Below are positions 1 through 9,100 of a stretch of DNA of 64,000 nucleotides, in pieces. This DNA comes from Candidatus Omnitrophota bacterium (GTDB lineage Bacteria > Omnitrophota > Gorgyraeia > B26-G9), in NCBI GenBank assembly GCA_043826565.1, contig JBDRPX010000004.1, positions 103,604-167,603 of the forward strand. Reading direction: 5' to 3'. The notes under the pieces are model-generated. The model saw only the letters and a list, made by a program, of their open reading frames with translations. It was not told the origin of the DNA and did not search any database. How positions within the stretch are numbered: position 1 is the stretch's first letter; each line of letters begins with the position of its first letter. A program made the position numbers and the translations under genes.

Positions 1-627
1 TCGCATAGTAATGATCTCTTAAAGTCGAAAGATTATACGGGATTTGCAGTTTTATATTCCGGATATAATATTATCGGTAAGCCCGGAGGGATCTGGGATG
101 AGATATTATGGGAGTATATTAACCTAAAAAGAGAACATCCGGTATGGGCTATTGCCGGGCTGGCTTTTGATTATCAGGGTAATTTAGAGCAAAGGTCCCG
201 GGATTTAAGGAATATGGTATTGCTTTCTGAACAGACTCCGCAAGGAGTATTGGCGGCTTTAGCTAAGGGGAAAAATTACGTTACTCGGGGTGCTCAGTCT
301 GACAATTTTATCCTGAAAGATTTTATGGTTTCCGACTATAAGACTTCCCAATCAAAGCGTATGGGGGAAACTCTTTTTTTAGAAGGTGCTTTACCGCATG
401 TAATAATTAGCGGGGGTTTTACTTCCGGCGGGGCGCAGGAGCTGAATATTTCTTTAGTGAAAAATAAGGAAATAGTGAAAAAATTTGTTGTGCCTGCTCC
501 GTTTACCGTGGAATATGCCGACGGAGATTTTGAAAAAGATGCTTATTACCGTGTGGAAATCAAGGCCAAAGATTTGCATGTGATTACTAACCCGATATTT
601 GTTAAAAAAATGAAAATTGATAATTGA
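1..627 (+). CDS. 5'-truncated PHP/metallohydrolase-like protein (C-terminal part)
   Basis: Frame +1 is open from base 1 (SHSNDLLKSKDYTGF...WDEIL...VWAIAG) to the stop at 627. The C-terminal YYRVEI...ITNPIFV pattern is typical of PHP-associated (CehA/McbA-like) proteins. Confidence 0.55.
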   Translation, partial: SHSNDLLKSKDYTGFAVLYSGYNIIGKPGGIWDEILWEYINLKREHPVWAIAGLAFDYQGNLEQRSRDLRNMVLLSEQTPQGVLAALAKGKNYVTRGAQSDNFILKDFMVSDYKTSQSKRMGETLFLEGALPHVIISGGFTSGGAQELNISLVKNKEIVKKFVVPAPFTVEYADGDFEKDAYYRVEIKAKDLHVITNPIFVKKMKIDN

Positions 628-677
628 GAATTGAAAGTTGTTTTTTGTTCTTGCCAATATTCAATATTCAACTTTCA
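609..677. repeat. Inverted heptamer array (AATTGAN)n ... (NTCAATW)n
   Basis: aatgaaaattgataattgagaattgaaagttg followed by caatattcaatattcaactttca; 7-bp period, arms complementary. Confidence 0.7.
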
Positions 678-687
678 GGAGTTTATA

Positions 688-1383
688 ATGATTGTTTCGG
701 TCCATCAACCTCAATATTTGCCGTGGCTTGGATATTTCGATAAGATATCGAAAAGTGATTGCTTTGTTTTTTTGGATACGGTACAATATAAAATAAGAGA
801 GTTTCAGAATAGAAATAAGATTCGTATAAAAGACGGATGTATATGGCTGAGTGTTCCGGTAATGTCTAAGGGGCATTATAAGCAGAATATAGATGAAGTC
901 TGTATCGATAATGACGCTGATTGGGCTATTGAACATAAAAAAAGTTTAATGGTTTGGTATGGAAAATCAGCTTATTTTAAAAAATATTTTCCCTTTTTTG
1001 AAGATGTTTACAGTAAAAAATGGGATAAGCTGATCGATCTTAATATTTACATTATAAAGTATATTCTGGAGCAGTTAAAAATTAATACGCCTTTATATTT
1101 GGAGTCAGAGTTAGGCTCGACTAAAAAAAGTACTGAGCGTATAATTGAAATTTGTCAAAAACTTGAAGCAGATATATATCTTTCCGGTAGTGGCGGAAAA
1201 GATTACATGGATGAAGGGTTGTTTTCGCAGACAGGGATTAGTTTGCAATATCAGCAGTTTAACCACCCCTGTTATCAGCAACAGTTTATTTCCACCGCAC
1301 ACCCTTTTCACCCATATATGTCAATTATAGATTTGCTTTTTAACGAAGGCCCCAGAAGTATTAATATTATTAGAGGGCAGTAA
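688..1383 (+). CDS. WbqC family protein (polysaccharide modification)
   Basis: MIVSVHQPQYLPWLGYFDKI...QNRNKI...YLSGSGGKDY...SIIDLLFNEG are WbqC signatures. AGGAG at 677-681 supports the ATG at 688 over the ORF-track start at 631. Confidence 0.9.
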   Translation: MIVSVHQPQYLPWLGYFDKISKSDCFVFLDTVQYKIREFQNRNKIRIKDGCIWLSVPVMSKGHYKQNIDEVCIDNDADWAIEHKKSLMVWYGKSAYFKKYFPFFEDVYSKKWDKLIDLNIYIIKYILEQLKINTPLYLESELGSTKKSTERIIEICQKLEADIYLSGSGGKDYMDEGLFSQTGISLQYQQFNHPCYQQQFISTAHPFHPYMSIIDLLFNEGPRSINIIRGQ

Positions 1384-1399
1384 AGTTAAAGATTTTTCA

Positions 1400-1452
1400 G
1401 GTTTTGATTTTTGACTTGAATTTTTGCATTTTGATTTTTGAATTTTGATTTT
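1400..1452. repeat. Heptamer tandem array (TTTTGAN)n, single arm
   Basis: ggttttgatttttgacttgaatttttgcattttgatttttgaattttgattttaa. Confidence 0.75.
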
Positions 1453-1468
1453 AACCTGGAAGGTTACT

Positions 1469-2284
1469 ATGTACGAACAATATTGGGGCTTAAGCGAAAA
1501 ACCTTTTGAAAACACTCCTAATCCTTATTTTCTTTATAATTCTCCGCAGCATGAAGAAGGTTTATCCAGGTTATTTTATGTTGTAAGTGAAGGTAAGGGC
1601 GCGGCTTTGGTTACCGGAGTTTTCGGCTGCGGAAAAACACTTTTAGGAAAAACCCTATTTAAAGAACTTGACCGGGATATATATAAGACCGCGTTTATTT
1701 CTAATCCTTATATGACTTATGAAGAACTGCTTATGCACATTGCTTATCATTTAGGCGCGAGAGACCTGCCGACAAAAAAGCAGGATGTGCTGGTTAATGT
1801 GGTCTTAGAGCGCTTAGGGGAAATTCTACAGAATAATATGCGTGATGGTAAAAAAACAATTGTGGTGATCGATGAGGCGCATGTTATTACCGACCGCAAG
1901 GTGTGGGAAGAAATGCGCCTGCTGCTTAATTTTCAATTGGAAAACCAGTTTTTACTTACTTTATTAATATTGGGACAGCCGGAACTTAAGGAAATAATAG
2001 ATTCCAATAAGCAGTTTTCCCAAAGAATCGCGGTGAAATTTCACTTGGGCCCGCTTAATAAAAAGGAAACTCAGGAATATATTTTGCACCGTTTGAAAAT
2101 GGCCGGAAGGACCAAGCCTGTATTTTCTCAAGGGACCTTTGAATTGATCTATAAAAAGAGCGGAGGCATTCCCCGCCGGATAAACCAGATCTGTGATATG
2201 GCCTTATTTGCCGGATTTGGCAAAAACGCGTCCATGGTAAATGAAGCAATTGTCAATGAAGTGGGCTTTGATTTGGAGGAATAA
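1469..2284 (+). CDS. ExeA/GspA-family AAA ATPase
   Basis: MYEQYWGLSEKPFENTPNP start, Walker A GVFGCGKT, Walker B IVVIDEAH, LLILGQPEL, SGGIPRRINQICD; GGAAGG RBS before ATG 1469. Confidence 0.9.
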   Translation: MYEQYWGLSEKPFENTPNPYFLYNSPQHEEGLSRLFYVVSEGKGAALVTGVFGCGKTLLGKTLFKELDRDIYKTAFISNPYMTYEELLMHIAYHLGARDLPTKKQDVLVNVVLERLGEILQNNMRDGKKTIVVIDEAHVITDRKVWEEMRLLLNFQLENQFLLTLLILGQPELKEIIDSNKQFSQRIAVKFHLGPLNKKETQEYILHRLKMAGRTKPVFSQGTFELIYKKSGGIPRRINQICDMALFAGFGKNASMVNEAIVNEVGFDLEE

Positions 2285-2288
2285 ATAA

Positions 2289-2379
2289 TAGCGTATAGCG
2301 GTTAGCGAGTAGCGTATAGAAAAGAAAAAAAATAGTAACAAGGGTTTCCTAAACGCTAAACGCTTTACGCTGAACGCTA
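2289..2379. repeat. Inverted heptamer array (TAGCGNN)4 ... (NNCGCTA)4
   Basis: tagcgta tagcggt tagcgag tagcgta tag - A-rich spacer - cta aacgcta aacgctt tacgctg aacgcta. Confidence 0.9.
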
Positions 2380-2394
2380 TAATGGAGGGCTACT

Positions 2395-3009
2395 ATGAAT
2401 ATTCTGGCTGTAGGGTGTCATCCGGATGATATTGAATTCGGCTGCGGCGGTACTTTAATAAAGCACGCGGAAAAAAATGATGATATTTATTTGTTAGTTT
2501 TGACAGACGGCGCAGTCGGAGGAGATCCCCAGGTAAGACGTCAGGAACAGTCAGAATCCGCGAAAATGCTGGGGGTAAAAAAGGTTTTTTGGGGAGGGTT
2601 TGAAGATACTAATTTGCCGGGTGACCGGCCTTTAATCTCGGCGATTGAAGAGGTTGTCAAAGAAGTCAACCCGGATATAGTTTTTTGTAATTATTTTCAT
2701 GATGTGCATCAGGATCATCGGGCCGCGGCAAAAGCCTGTTTATCCGCGACTAGATATATCAAAGAAGTATTGTACTATGAAGTCCCGACAACTCAGCATT
2801 TTGAACCGGAGATATTTGTTGATATTGGCAGAGTGCTGGTGAAAAAATGGGATTTGCTTAAAGCTCATGGCTCTCAGGTGGATAGAACCCGGGTGGAGAA
2901 TTTGAGTATCCTGGAAAGCATAAATGCCTGCGCGACATTTCGCGGATACCAGGGCCGGGTTAAATTTGCTGAAGGGTTTAAAGCAGTAAGAATTTTAAGG
3001 GATATATAA
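2395..3009 (+). CDS. PIG-L/LmbE family N-acetyl-sugar deacetylase
   Basis: GCHPDDIEFGCGGTL and DVHQDH metal-binding motifs; GGAGG RBS. Confidence 0.92.
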   Translation: MNILAVGCHPDDIEFGCGGTLIKHAEKNDDIYLLVLTDGAVGGDPQVRRQEQSESAKMLGVKKVFWGGFEDTNLPGDRPLISAIEEVVKEVNPDIVFCNYFHDVHQDHRAAAKACLSATRYIKEVLYYEVPTTQHFEPEIFVDIGRVLVKKWDLLKAHGSQVDRTRVENLSILESINACATFRGYQGRVKFAEGFKAVRILRDI

Positions 3010-3016
3010 AAATCCT

Positions 3017-3042
3017 GTAGGGGCGGCGGCTTGTCCCCGCCC
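3017..3042 (+). repeat. GTAG-type REP hairpin
   Basis: GTAG GGGCGG cggcttgtcc CCGCCC just after the stop codon; GTAG tetranucleotide plus GC palindrome. Confidence 0.65.
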
Positions 3043-3054
3043 GAGTTAAATAAA

Positions 3055-3083
3055 TTGATAAAAAAGAGTTTCTATTATATAAT
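3055..3083 (+). promoter_or_regulatory. sigma70-type promoter
   Basis: TTGATA-17 bp-TATAAT upstream of the 3146 gene. Confidence 0.6.
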
Positions 3084-3145
3084 AAAAGAGTAATTCAAAG
3101 GAGGAGTTATATCCACAGCTTTATGGTGATTAAAGGATTAATTAC

Positions 3146-4192
3146 ATGAAGACATTAGTAGCTTTCGGCATATCATTTTTTACTGTACTTATCTGCACTC
3201 CTTTATTTCGCAGGATTGCGCTATATCTTAATATTCTGGATTTCCCCAGCAAAAAGAAAATACATAAAGACCCGATCCCTCTTTTAGGAGGATTGGCGAT
3301 CTATTTTGGCGTAATCATTTCTTTCCTGTTTTTTCAGCAAAGCTTCTTTGTTTTTTGGCCGATTCTCGTCGGAGCTACCATAATCATGTATATGGGCGCT
3401 CTTGATGATATGAAAGGGCTTTCCGCGCGCATACGTTTATTTATTCAGATAGCTGTGGCTTTATTTGTTGTCATGGCCGGAGTGAGAGTGAGTTTTTTAC
3501 CGAATAATATCTGGGGTAATATCGGAGAGTATATCGTAACAATATTCTGGCTGGTGGGAGTAACGAATGCTTTTAATTATCTGGATGGACTGGATGGTTT
3601 AGCTGCCGGGTCAGCAGCTTTAAATTTTTTATGTTTTTATGTAATTTTGTACAGCACCGGCCAATTTCCCCTGGGATTAACCGCAACTATATTAATGGCA
3701 GCCTGCCTGGGGTTTCTACCCTATAATTTCATGAATAAGAAAAAGATGTTCTTAGGGGATGCCGGGAGTATGTTTTTAGGTTTTTGTTTAGCCGGCATGG
3801 CGGTTATCGGGCACTGGGCCGGAGATGCGCTGGTTAAATTATTTATCCCCATATTGGTAATCGGGGTGCCGATCTTTGATATGATCTTTACGACAATTAT
3901 GCGTATCAAAGAGGAGAAAATAAGGAATATCCTGGATTGGCTTAAATATGGAGGCAAAGATCATTTTCACCATTATCTGGTGGATTTGGGTTTAGGGCAG
4001 AAGGGGGCGGTTTTATTTATATACTATCTTACAGCGTCATTAGGCTTAGGAGCGGTAATGGTAAGCAATGACAATGCGGTGGAGGGGGTTTTAACGCTTT
4101 TACAGGCTTCAATAATTTTTGGCGTCATCGGAGTTCTGATTGTTGTCGGTAAAAAACACAGGTTTGAAAAGAAAACAGGGCAGGAAGAGTAA
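3146..4192 (+). CDS. WecA/TagO/MraY-family (GT4) undecaprenyl-phosphate GlcNAc-1-phosphate transferase
   Basis: Multi-TM protein with PLLGGLAI, GALDD, NAFNYLDGLDGLA, FLGDAGS and DHFHH motifs. Confidence 0.92.
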   Translation: MKTLVAFGISFFTVLICTPLFRRIALYLNILDFPSKKKIHKDPIPLLGGLAIYFGVIISFLFFQQSFFVFWPILVGATIIMYMGALDDMKGLSARIRLFIQIAVALFVVMAGVRVSFLPNNIWGNIGEYIVTIFWLVGVTNAFNYLDGLDGLAAGSAALNFLCFYVILYSTGQFPLGLTATILMAACLGFLPYNFMNKKKMFLGDAGSMFLGFCLAGMAVIGHWAGDALVKLFIPILVIGVPIFDMIFTTIMRIKEEKIRNILDWLKYGGKDHFHHYLVDLGLGQKGAVLFIYYLTASLGLGAVMVSNDNAVEGVLTLLQASIIFGVIGVLIVVGKKHRFEKKTGQEE

Positions 4193-4274
4193 CAATTTAT
4201 GTAACTGCTTTATATATTTAATGTTACAGTAGTGAATATAACTAAATGAGTAATATAAAAAGTTTTATAAAGCA

Positions 4275-4303
4275 TTGACTTATATGGGAAAATGTGGTAC
4301 ACT
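4275..4303 (+). promoter_or_regulatory. sigma70 promoter with extended -10 driving the riboswitch leader
   Basis: TTGACT-17 bp-(TGg)TACACT; the predicted start near 4310 is directly before the aptamer. Confidence 0.75.
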
Positions 4304-4311
4304 TGTATTAG

Positions 4312-4392
4312 TGGAAAAAGGCAAACTCGTGGTAACGCGAGGGCGCAAAGCCGTGCACCCCGAAAATTCGGGGCAGGCAGGTTGCCCGATGA
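4312..4392 (+). ncRNA. Cyclic di-GMP-I (GEMM) riboswitch
   Basis: AAAGGCAAAC-CTCGTG GTAA CGCGAG-GGCGCAAAGCC...GGCAGGTTGCCCGATG matches the GEMM consensus (GGCAAAC, GNRA-capped P2, GCAAAGC, P3, GTTRCC). G at the position-20 equivalent indicates c-di-GMP rather than c-AMP-GMP. Confidence 0.9.
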
Positions 4393-4406
4393 ATTAATTT
4401 ACGTTA

Positions 4407-4437
4407 CCCAGGCAGGAGTTTGCCTGGGATTTTTTTT
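4407..4437 (+). terminator. Intrinsic terminator (riboswitch expression platform)
   Basis: CCCAGGCA-ggagtt-TGCCTGGG stem followed by A and T8. Confidence 0.85.
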
Positions 4438-4445
4438 CGGAATAT

Positions 4446-4493
4446 TAAAAAGTGCCAGGTATGAATGGGGAAAATCAGTAAAAGTGCCAGGCA
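4446..4493 (+). repeat. Direct repeat AAAAGTGCCAGG x2
   Basis: taaaaagtgccaggta (4446-4461) and taaaagtgccaggca (4479-4493). Confidence 0.7.
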
Positions 4494-4536
4494 TAATCAG
4501 GGATGAACGTAATATATAAAGGAGTTGGAGCGGAAA

Positions 4537-5694
4537 ATGCCCAGGTTGCCAAGAGTTTACATTGAAAATTCAGTTTATTATGTAACATGTAAGGGATTGC
4601 AAAACCAGGTAATTTTTAAAGACGCGAGGGACTACGAAATGTACTTTGAATTGTTGAAAAAATACAAAGAACAATACGCAGTCAAACTTTATGCTTATAC
4701 TTTAATGCATAATCATTTGCATTTATTAATGGAAGTTGATAAAGAAGCCAGTATTTCCACAATTATGCACGATTTGACCTCTTCTTACACAAAATATTTT
4801 AATGGCCGCTATGACCGCAAAGGCCATTTATTCCGAGAAAGATTTAAAGCCGCTGTTGTAGAAAAAAATCCGCAAATCCTTTTGGACCTTACCGCATATA
4901 TCCACCTCAATCCCAAGCGATTGAACTTAGGCATACAAGGACGTACGTATCCGTATAGCAGTTATGAGCTTTATCTGGACTATTCCCCAAAGTCCGATAG
5001 AGGGCTGGCTATAAAAAATGAAATTGAAAGTATTGTTAATAAGCTGGTTGGCGAAAATTATGTTGAGTTTATGAACCGCATGCAGGATAACGCGGAGTTC
5101 CAGAAAAATTATAAAAAACTTCAGCGTAAAGGAATGATCGGCTCAGGTGAATTTATGAGCAGAGTTAAAGAAGCTATCGAGCAGCAGCGAAGTGAGCCCG
5201 AGGAACCGGAGTTAGAAGAAAAAATATTACATTCTAAGAATGTTCTTATGAACACGGGAGTGGCGGTATTGCTTTTGAGCATAAGCGCGGGGGGCGTTTA
5301 TTTATATTTTAATTACGCAAATAAGGTATTGGATAAACCCCAGATACCTGTTGCGACAGTTGAGCTGCAGTTGAAAGACCTGAATAATACCGAGTGGCAG
5401 GTGGAAATGTTCAATATGGATGGGTCCCTGGCCCGCGCGGATATTTTAAGTTTTATGCAGGGGAAATTCAGTTCGGCATATCTTTCTCAGTTTGAATTCC
5501 CGCATATTAATTATTCTGTTGTTTTTGAAGGAAATAAAATAATTTGGGAAACAATGCAGACATCGGCAACCGGGACCGCGTCATGGCGCGGTGAAGTGGT
5601 AGACGGCGAGATGCTGGGAATGGTCAGCCTGCGGCAGGAAGGGAAAGAACCGCAGGATTTTTCTTTTAAGAGTCTAAAATACAGGAGGAGATAA
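4537..5694 (+). CDS. Y1/HUH (RAYT/IS200-like) transposase domain fused to a TM helix and a C-terminal extracytoplasmic domain
   Basis: MPRLPRVY...YYVTCKG...YAYTLMHNHLHLL (HUH)...YTKYFNGRYDRKGHLFRERF...YIHLNP (catalytic Tyr)...YPYSSY, then an acidic linker, hydrophobic VAVLLLSISAGGVYLYF, and a ~120-aa beta-rich domain. Confidence 0.85.
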   Translation: MPRLPRVYIENSVYYVTCKGLQNQVIFKDARDYEMYFELLKKYKEQYAVKLYAYTLMHNHLHLLMEVDKEASISTIMHDLTSSYTKYFNGRYDRKGHLFRERFKAAVVEKNPQILLDLTAYIHLNPKRLNLGIQGRTYPYSSYELYLDYSPKSDRGLAIKNEIESIVNKLVGENYVEFMNRMQDNAEFQKNYKKLQRKGMIGSGEFMSRVKEAIEQQRSEPEEPELEEKILHSKNVLMNTGVAVLLLSISAGGVYLYFNYANKVLDKPQIPVATVELQLKDLNNTEWQVEMFNMDGSLARADILSFMQGKFSSAYLSQFEFPHINYSVVFEGNKIIWETMQTSATGTASWRGEVVDGEMLGMVSLRQEGKEPQDFSFKSLKYRRR

Positions 5695-5695
5695 G

Positions 5696-6133
5696 ATGAA
5701 GGTTGTTAATTTAAATAAGCTTATTACTATCGGAATGATCAGCGTTTTTTTTATCAGCTTTTTGCAGACCGCGGTGTTTGCCGAGAAAAAAGACAGGAAA
5801 AATCCGGAGCCGCTACGCACTAATTCTACTATTAATGAAGTGGTCGGAGAAGTAGCAAGTTTTGATGGAGAAATTATTGTTATTACTTACGGAGACCCTG
5901 CTCAAACCGGGGAATCTTTTGATATGTCGATCAGTATTGAACCGGAAAATTTAGAATTAAACCATATAAAAAGTTTAGATCAAATAAAAAAGTGGAATAC
6001 CGTCAGGATCAGCTATGAAGTAATCACTGAGGAGTATGCCGAAGAAAAAGTTAAAACGCGTAATGTCGCCAGGGCGATAAGCTTTATAAAGGCTGGCAAG
6101 CCGCCGGTTTATGAGCCGGAACAGGATGAATAA
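5696..6133 (+). CDS. Small secreted hypothetical protein (possible OB-fold-like)
   Basis: Signal peptide ending AVFA|EK; AGGAG RBS; starts 1 nt after the upstream stop. Confidence 0.7.
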   Translation: MKVVNLNKLITIGMISVFFISFLQTAVFAEKKDRKNPEPLRTNSTINEVVGEVASFDGEIIVITYGDPAQTGESFDMSISIEPENLELNHIKSLDQIKKWNTVRISYEVITEEYAEEKVKTRNVARAISFIKAGKPPVYEPEQDE

Positions 6134-6193
6134 AAGAAAGGGCAAAAGCCCTCTAACACGAATAATTTAGTAATACTAACTGAGAGGTGTCGG

Positions 6194-9100
6194 ATGAAGA
6201 TGAAAAGATCAATAGTAGTTATGATGTGTATGGTTGTTTTTTTTACAATTCACTTTGCTGGTATTGATGATGCCAAAGCCTTTCAGATTAAAAGGGTGAT
6301 CAGGGGGTCCTATAGCCAGGCAATTGATGAGGAGGTAACAGTTGTTGATCTTACTTCTTTATTGGGCGGGGTGAACCTGGTTCCTGCGAAAACTATTCTT
6401 TTTTATACTATTGATCTTGATGATGAGGATGCCGAAGAGACTTTTACCAATGTAGCTTTAGACAGCCCTTCGGATCTGCTGATCAGCCGGTTTACCTCAG
6501 GTACGGGGCTTACAGTTAATTATGAACTTGTGGAGTTTGTTTCCGGGGTTAAAGTTATGCGCGGTCTTACCACTGTTCCGGAAACAGCAACGATTAAAAC
6601 TGTAACTTTACCTCAATCCATAATTGTTAATAAATCATATGTAACGGTTAATTCTAATGCTGTAAGAGGTTCTAATCTTAATGAAGAATTAAATACGTTT
6701 GCCGCGGAAATAGTTGATGAAACTACGGTCAGGTTCACAAGAACTGTTACTACTTCCCGATTTAATAATACTCTGGCTTATCAGGTTGTTTGTTTTGAAG
6801 GCCTTGATGGTTTAGGCGATGATGTCGTCTCAGTTCAGAAAGGGATAGATATTCTTCCTTCACCTGCCGGCGGGATGAGCCTTACTGTAGGTATAAATAG
6901 TGTTCAAACTGATAAATCTTTATTAATATTTTCAAGCCGGCCGGATACTCTTGCTGACGGTGATGAAGATATAATGTGTGTGGAGGGAATATTAAATGAT
7001 GCCGGCGGCGGAATGAGTGATGCGATACTTTTTAACCGTCAGGAAAATAATAATGATGATGTCACTTTATACTGGTTTGTAATTACTTTTAGTAATGAAA
7101 CTTTTGTTCAGAGTAAAACCCAAACCTTTATTTCTAATAGTAATCCCAACTTTACCATAGACACAGCAATTGTGCCCAGCCGCAGTTTTATTCAAGCATC
7201 TGTTTCGATTACCGGAGGCGGGACATCAGGTAAAGAAGAAACTACTCATGCCTTATATATTACTAATCCTACGACCATAGATACGCAGTGTTCCACAACC
7301 AGTGCTTATACTGTAAAACTTTCCTGGTTTGTAACGGAAATGCCGCCCTTAGAAGTTACTTATCCCAACGGCGAAGAAATTTTTGAAGTCGGAACAACAG
7401 AAAATATTACCTGGAATCATTCAGATGACGTTTTAAATACAGATTCAATGAGTATTGATCTTTCTATCAACAGCGGCAGTACGTATCCTTTAAATGTTAT
7501 AACCGGAGTTGACCCGACTTTAGATACATATGCCTGGAATATTCCCGCGGAAATAAGTTCAACCGGTATTATCGGAAATACCATAAGAGTTAAAATTACA
7601 GATACGACGATCAGCGCAAGAAATTTTGATACCTCAGACGCTGACTTTATAATAAAGGGAAGATTAATTATTGATCAGCCGCCGGACACCTGGCGTTTAG
7701 GCGAGACTCAAAATATAACCTGGGATGTACACGGTAGTTTAAATAGTTTACCTACAAACACTATGACGATTATGCTTTCTACGGATGGGGGCGGAAGCTT
7801 TGCTCATACTGTGAGTGCAGTGGCTGACCCGGGTGCCGGACAGTCTGATGGAAGTGCCGGCTCCGGAAGTTATGGGTGGACTATCCCATCAGATATGGAT
7901 GGTGAAAATTTAATCGGTACGGATAATCAAATAAAACTTATTCTTAATTACGACCCGGATGCGCCGAAGACAACAGTAACCAGTACAAGTTCTAATTTTG
8001 TTTTAAAAGGGCGAATTTTTAATGTTTCCCCGGCTAGTGATGAAACCTGGTTTTTGGGTGAAACAAAAAGTATTACCTGGGATAAAAATGGACACTTCGG
8101 CGCCGGTATTGCCGAGGGAACAGTAGATGTTTATTATTCCAGTAATGGCGGTTTGTCATATGGTACTATTGTTGCTGTAAGCCAACCTGCGGGGACAGAT
8201 GGTTCGGGGGGGAGTTATAATTGGACAATACCCAATAACACTCCTTTAGAAAATCCTGATTCGAAAATTAAAGTTTTTCAAACTACAGATACTTCGGTTT
8301 ATGGAGAAAGTGCTAATTTTTCTTTAATCTCATCACTTTTGCTGGATATTCCCAGCGGTACGGGAATTCTCTGGAAAGTGGGAACGGCTCATGATATTGA
8401 GTGGACAACTGCCGGTTCGGTTAGTATGGTTGACTTGCTCTATGATTCCGGCTCGGGTTATGTTTTAATTACACCTGCCGCGGGTATAGCTAATGCCGAT
8501 GTTTACAACTGGACAATTCCCGACGCTATAAGCAATAGCGTTAAGGTAAAAGTTCAGGATCACGATAATACGAATATATACGATGAGAGTGATAATTTAT
8601 TTTCCATAAAAGGATCAATAAGTGTTACCGAGCCTCATGCAACCGAAATTACACAAGTAAGTATAAATAAAGTTATTCAGTGGAATACTACGGGAAGTGT
8701 AGCCGGAACCGTAAACATTCGTTTGTCACAGAATGGCGGTTCTTCTTATGGGAGTATCATTAATTCAGTTGACGTTTCCAGCGGTTCGTATTCCTGGGCT
8801 CCGGTTGCCGGAGATATGGGTACTAATAATGTGATCAAAGTAGGGCTGCAGGGAGATGAAGACCCGGGAACCGGGACAGCCGGGGAAACAGGAGTTTTTG
8901 CCGTAGAAGCCAGTATTGACCTTACTTATCCGGATGCTTCCGGGTTAACGTATGGTATCGGAGATGAGGTTTATATCAAATGGACATCAAACCCCGCTGC
9001 GTTTGGAAACGTAAATATACGTTACTCAACGGATGGCGGATCTAATTATAATGGATTTATTGCCGACGGTGTTGCCTCAAATAATGTTCCCGGAGGAGAG

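Noticed and set aside
631-687. ORF-track N-terminal extensions (631, 1445, 34680, 36343, 43465, 59515)
   Set aside because: They run through heptamer arrays or upstream genes; downstream ATGs with an RBS or a family-typical N-terminus fit better.
4292-4519. 75-aa ORF upstream of the Y1 fusion
   Set aside because: It overlaps the promoter, riboswitch and terminator, has no RBS and no recognisable protein features.
4537-5694. Active IS200/IS605 insertion sequence
   Set aside because: No tnpB and no intact terminal hairpins; the gene has a TM-containing extension and is integrated in an operon behind a riboswitch.
6139-6152. Hairpin AGGGC-AAAA-GCCCT as a terminator before the giant gene
   Set aside because: Only a 5-bp stem and no U-tract.
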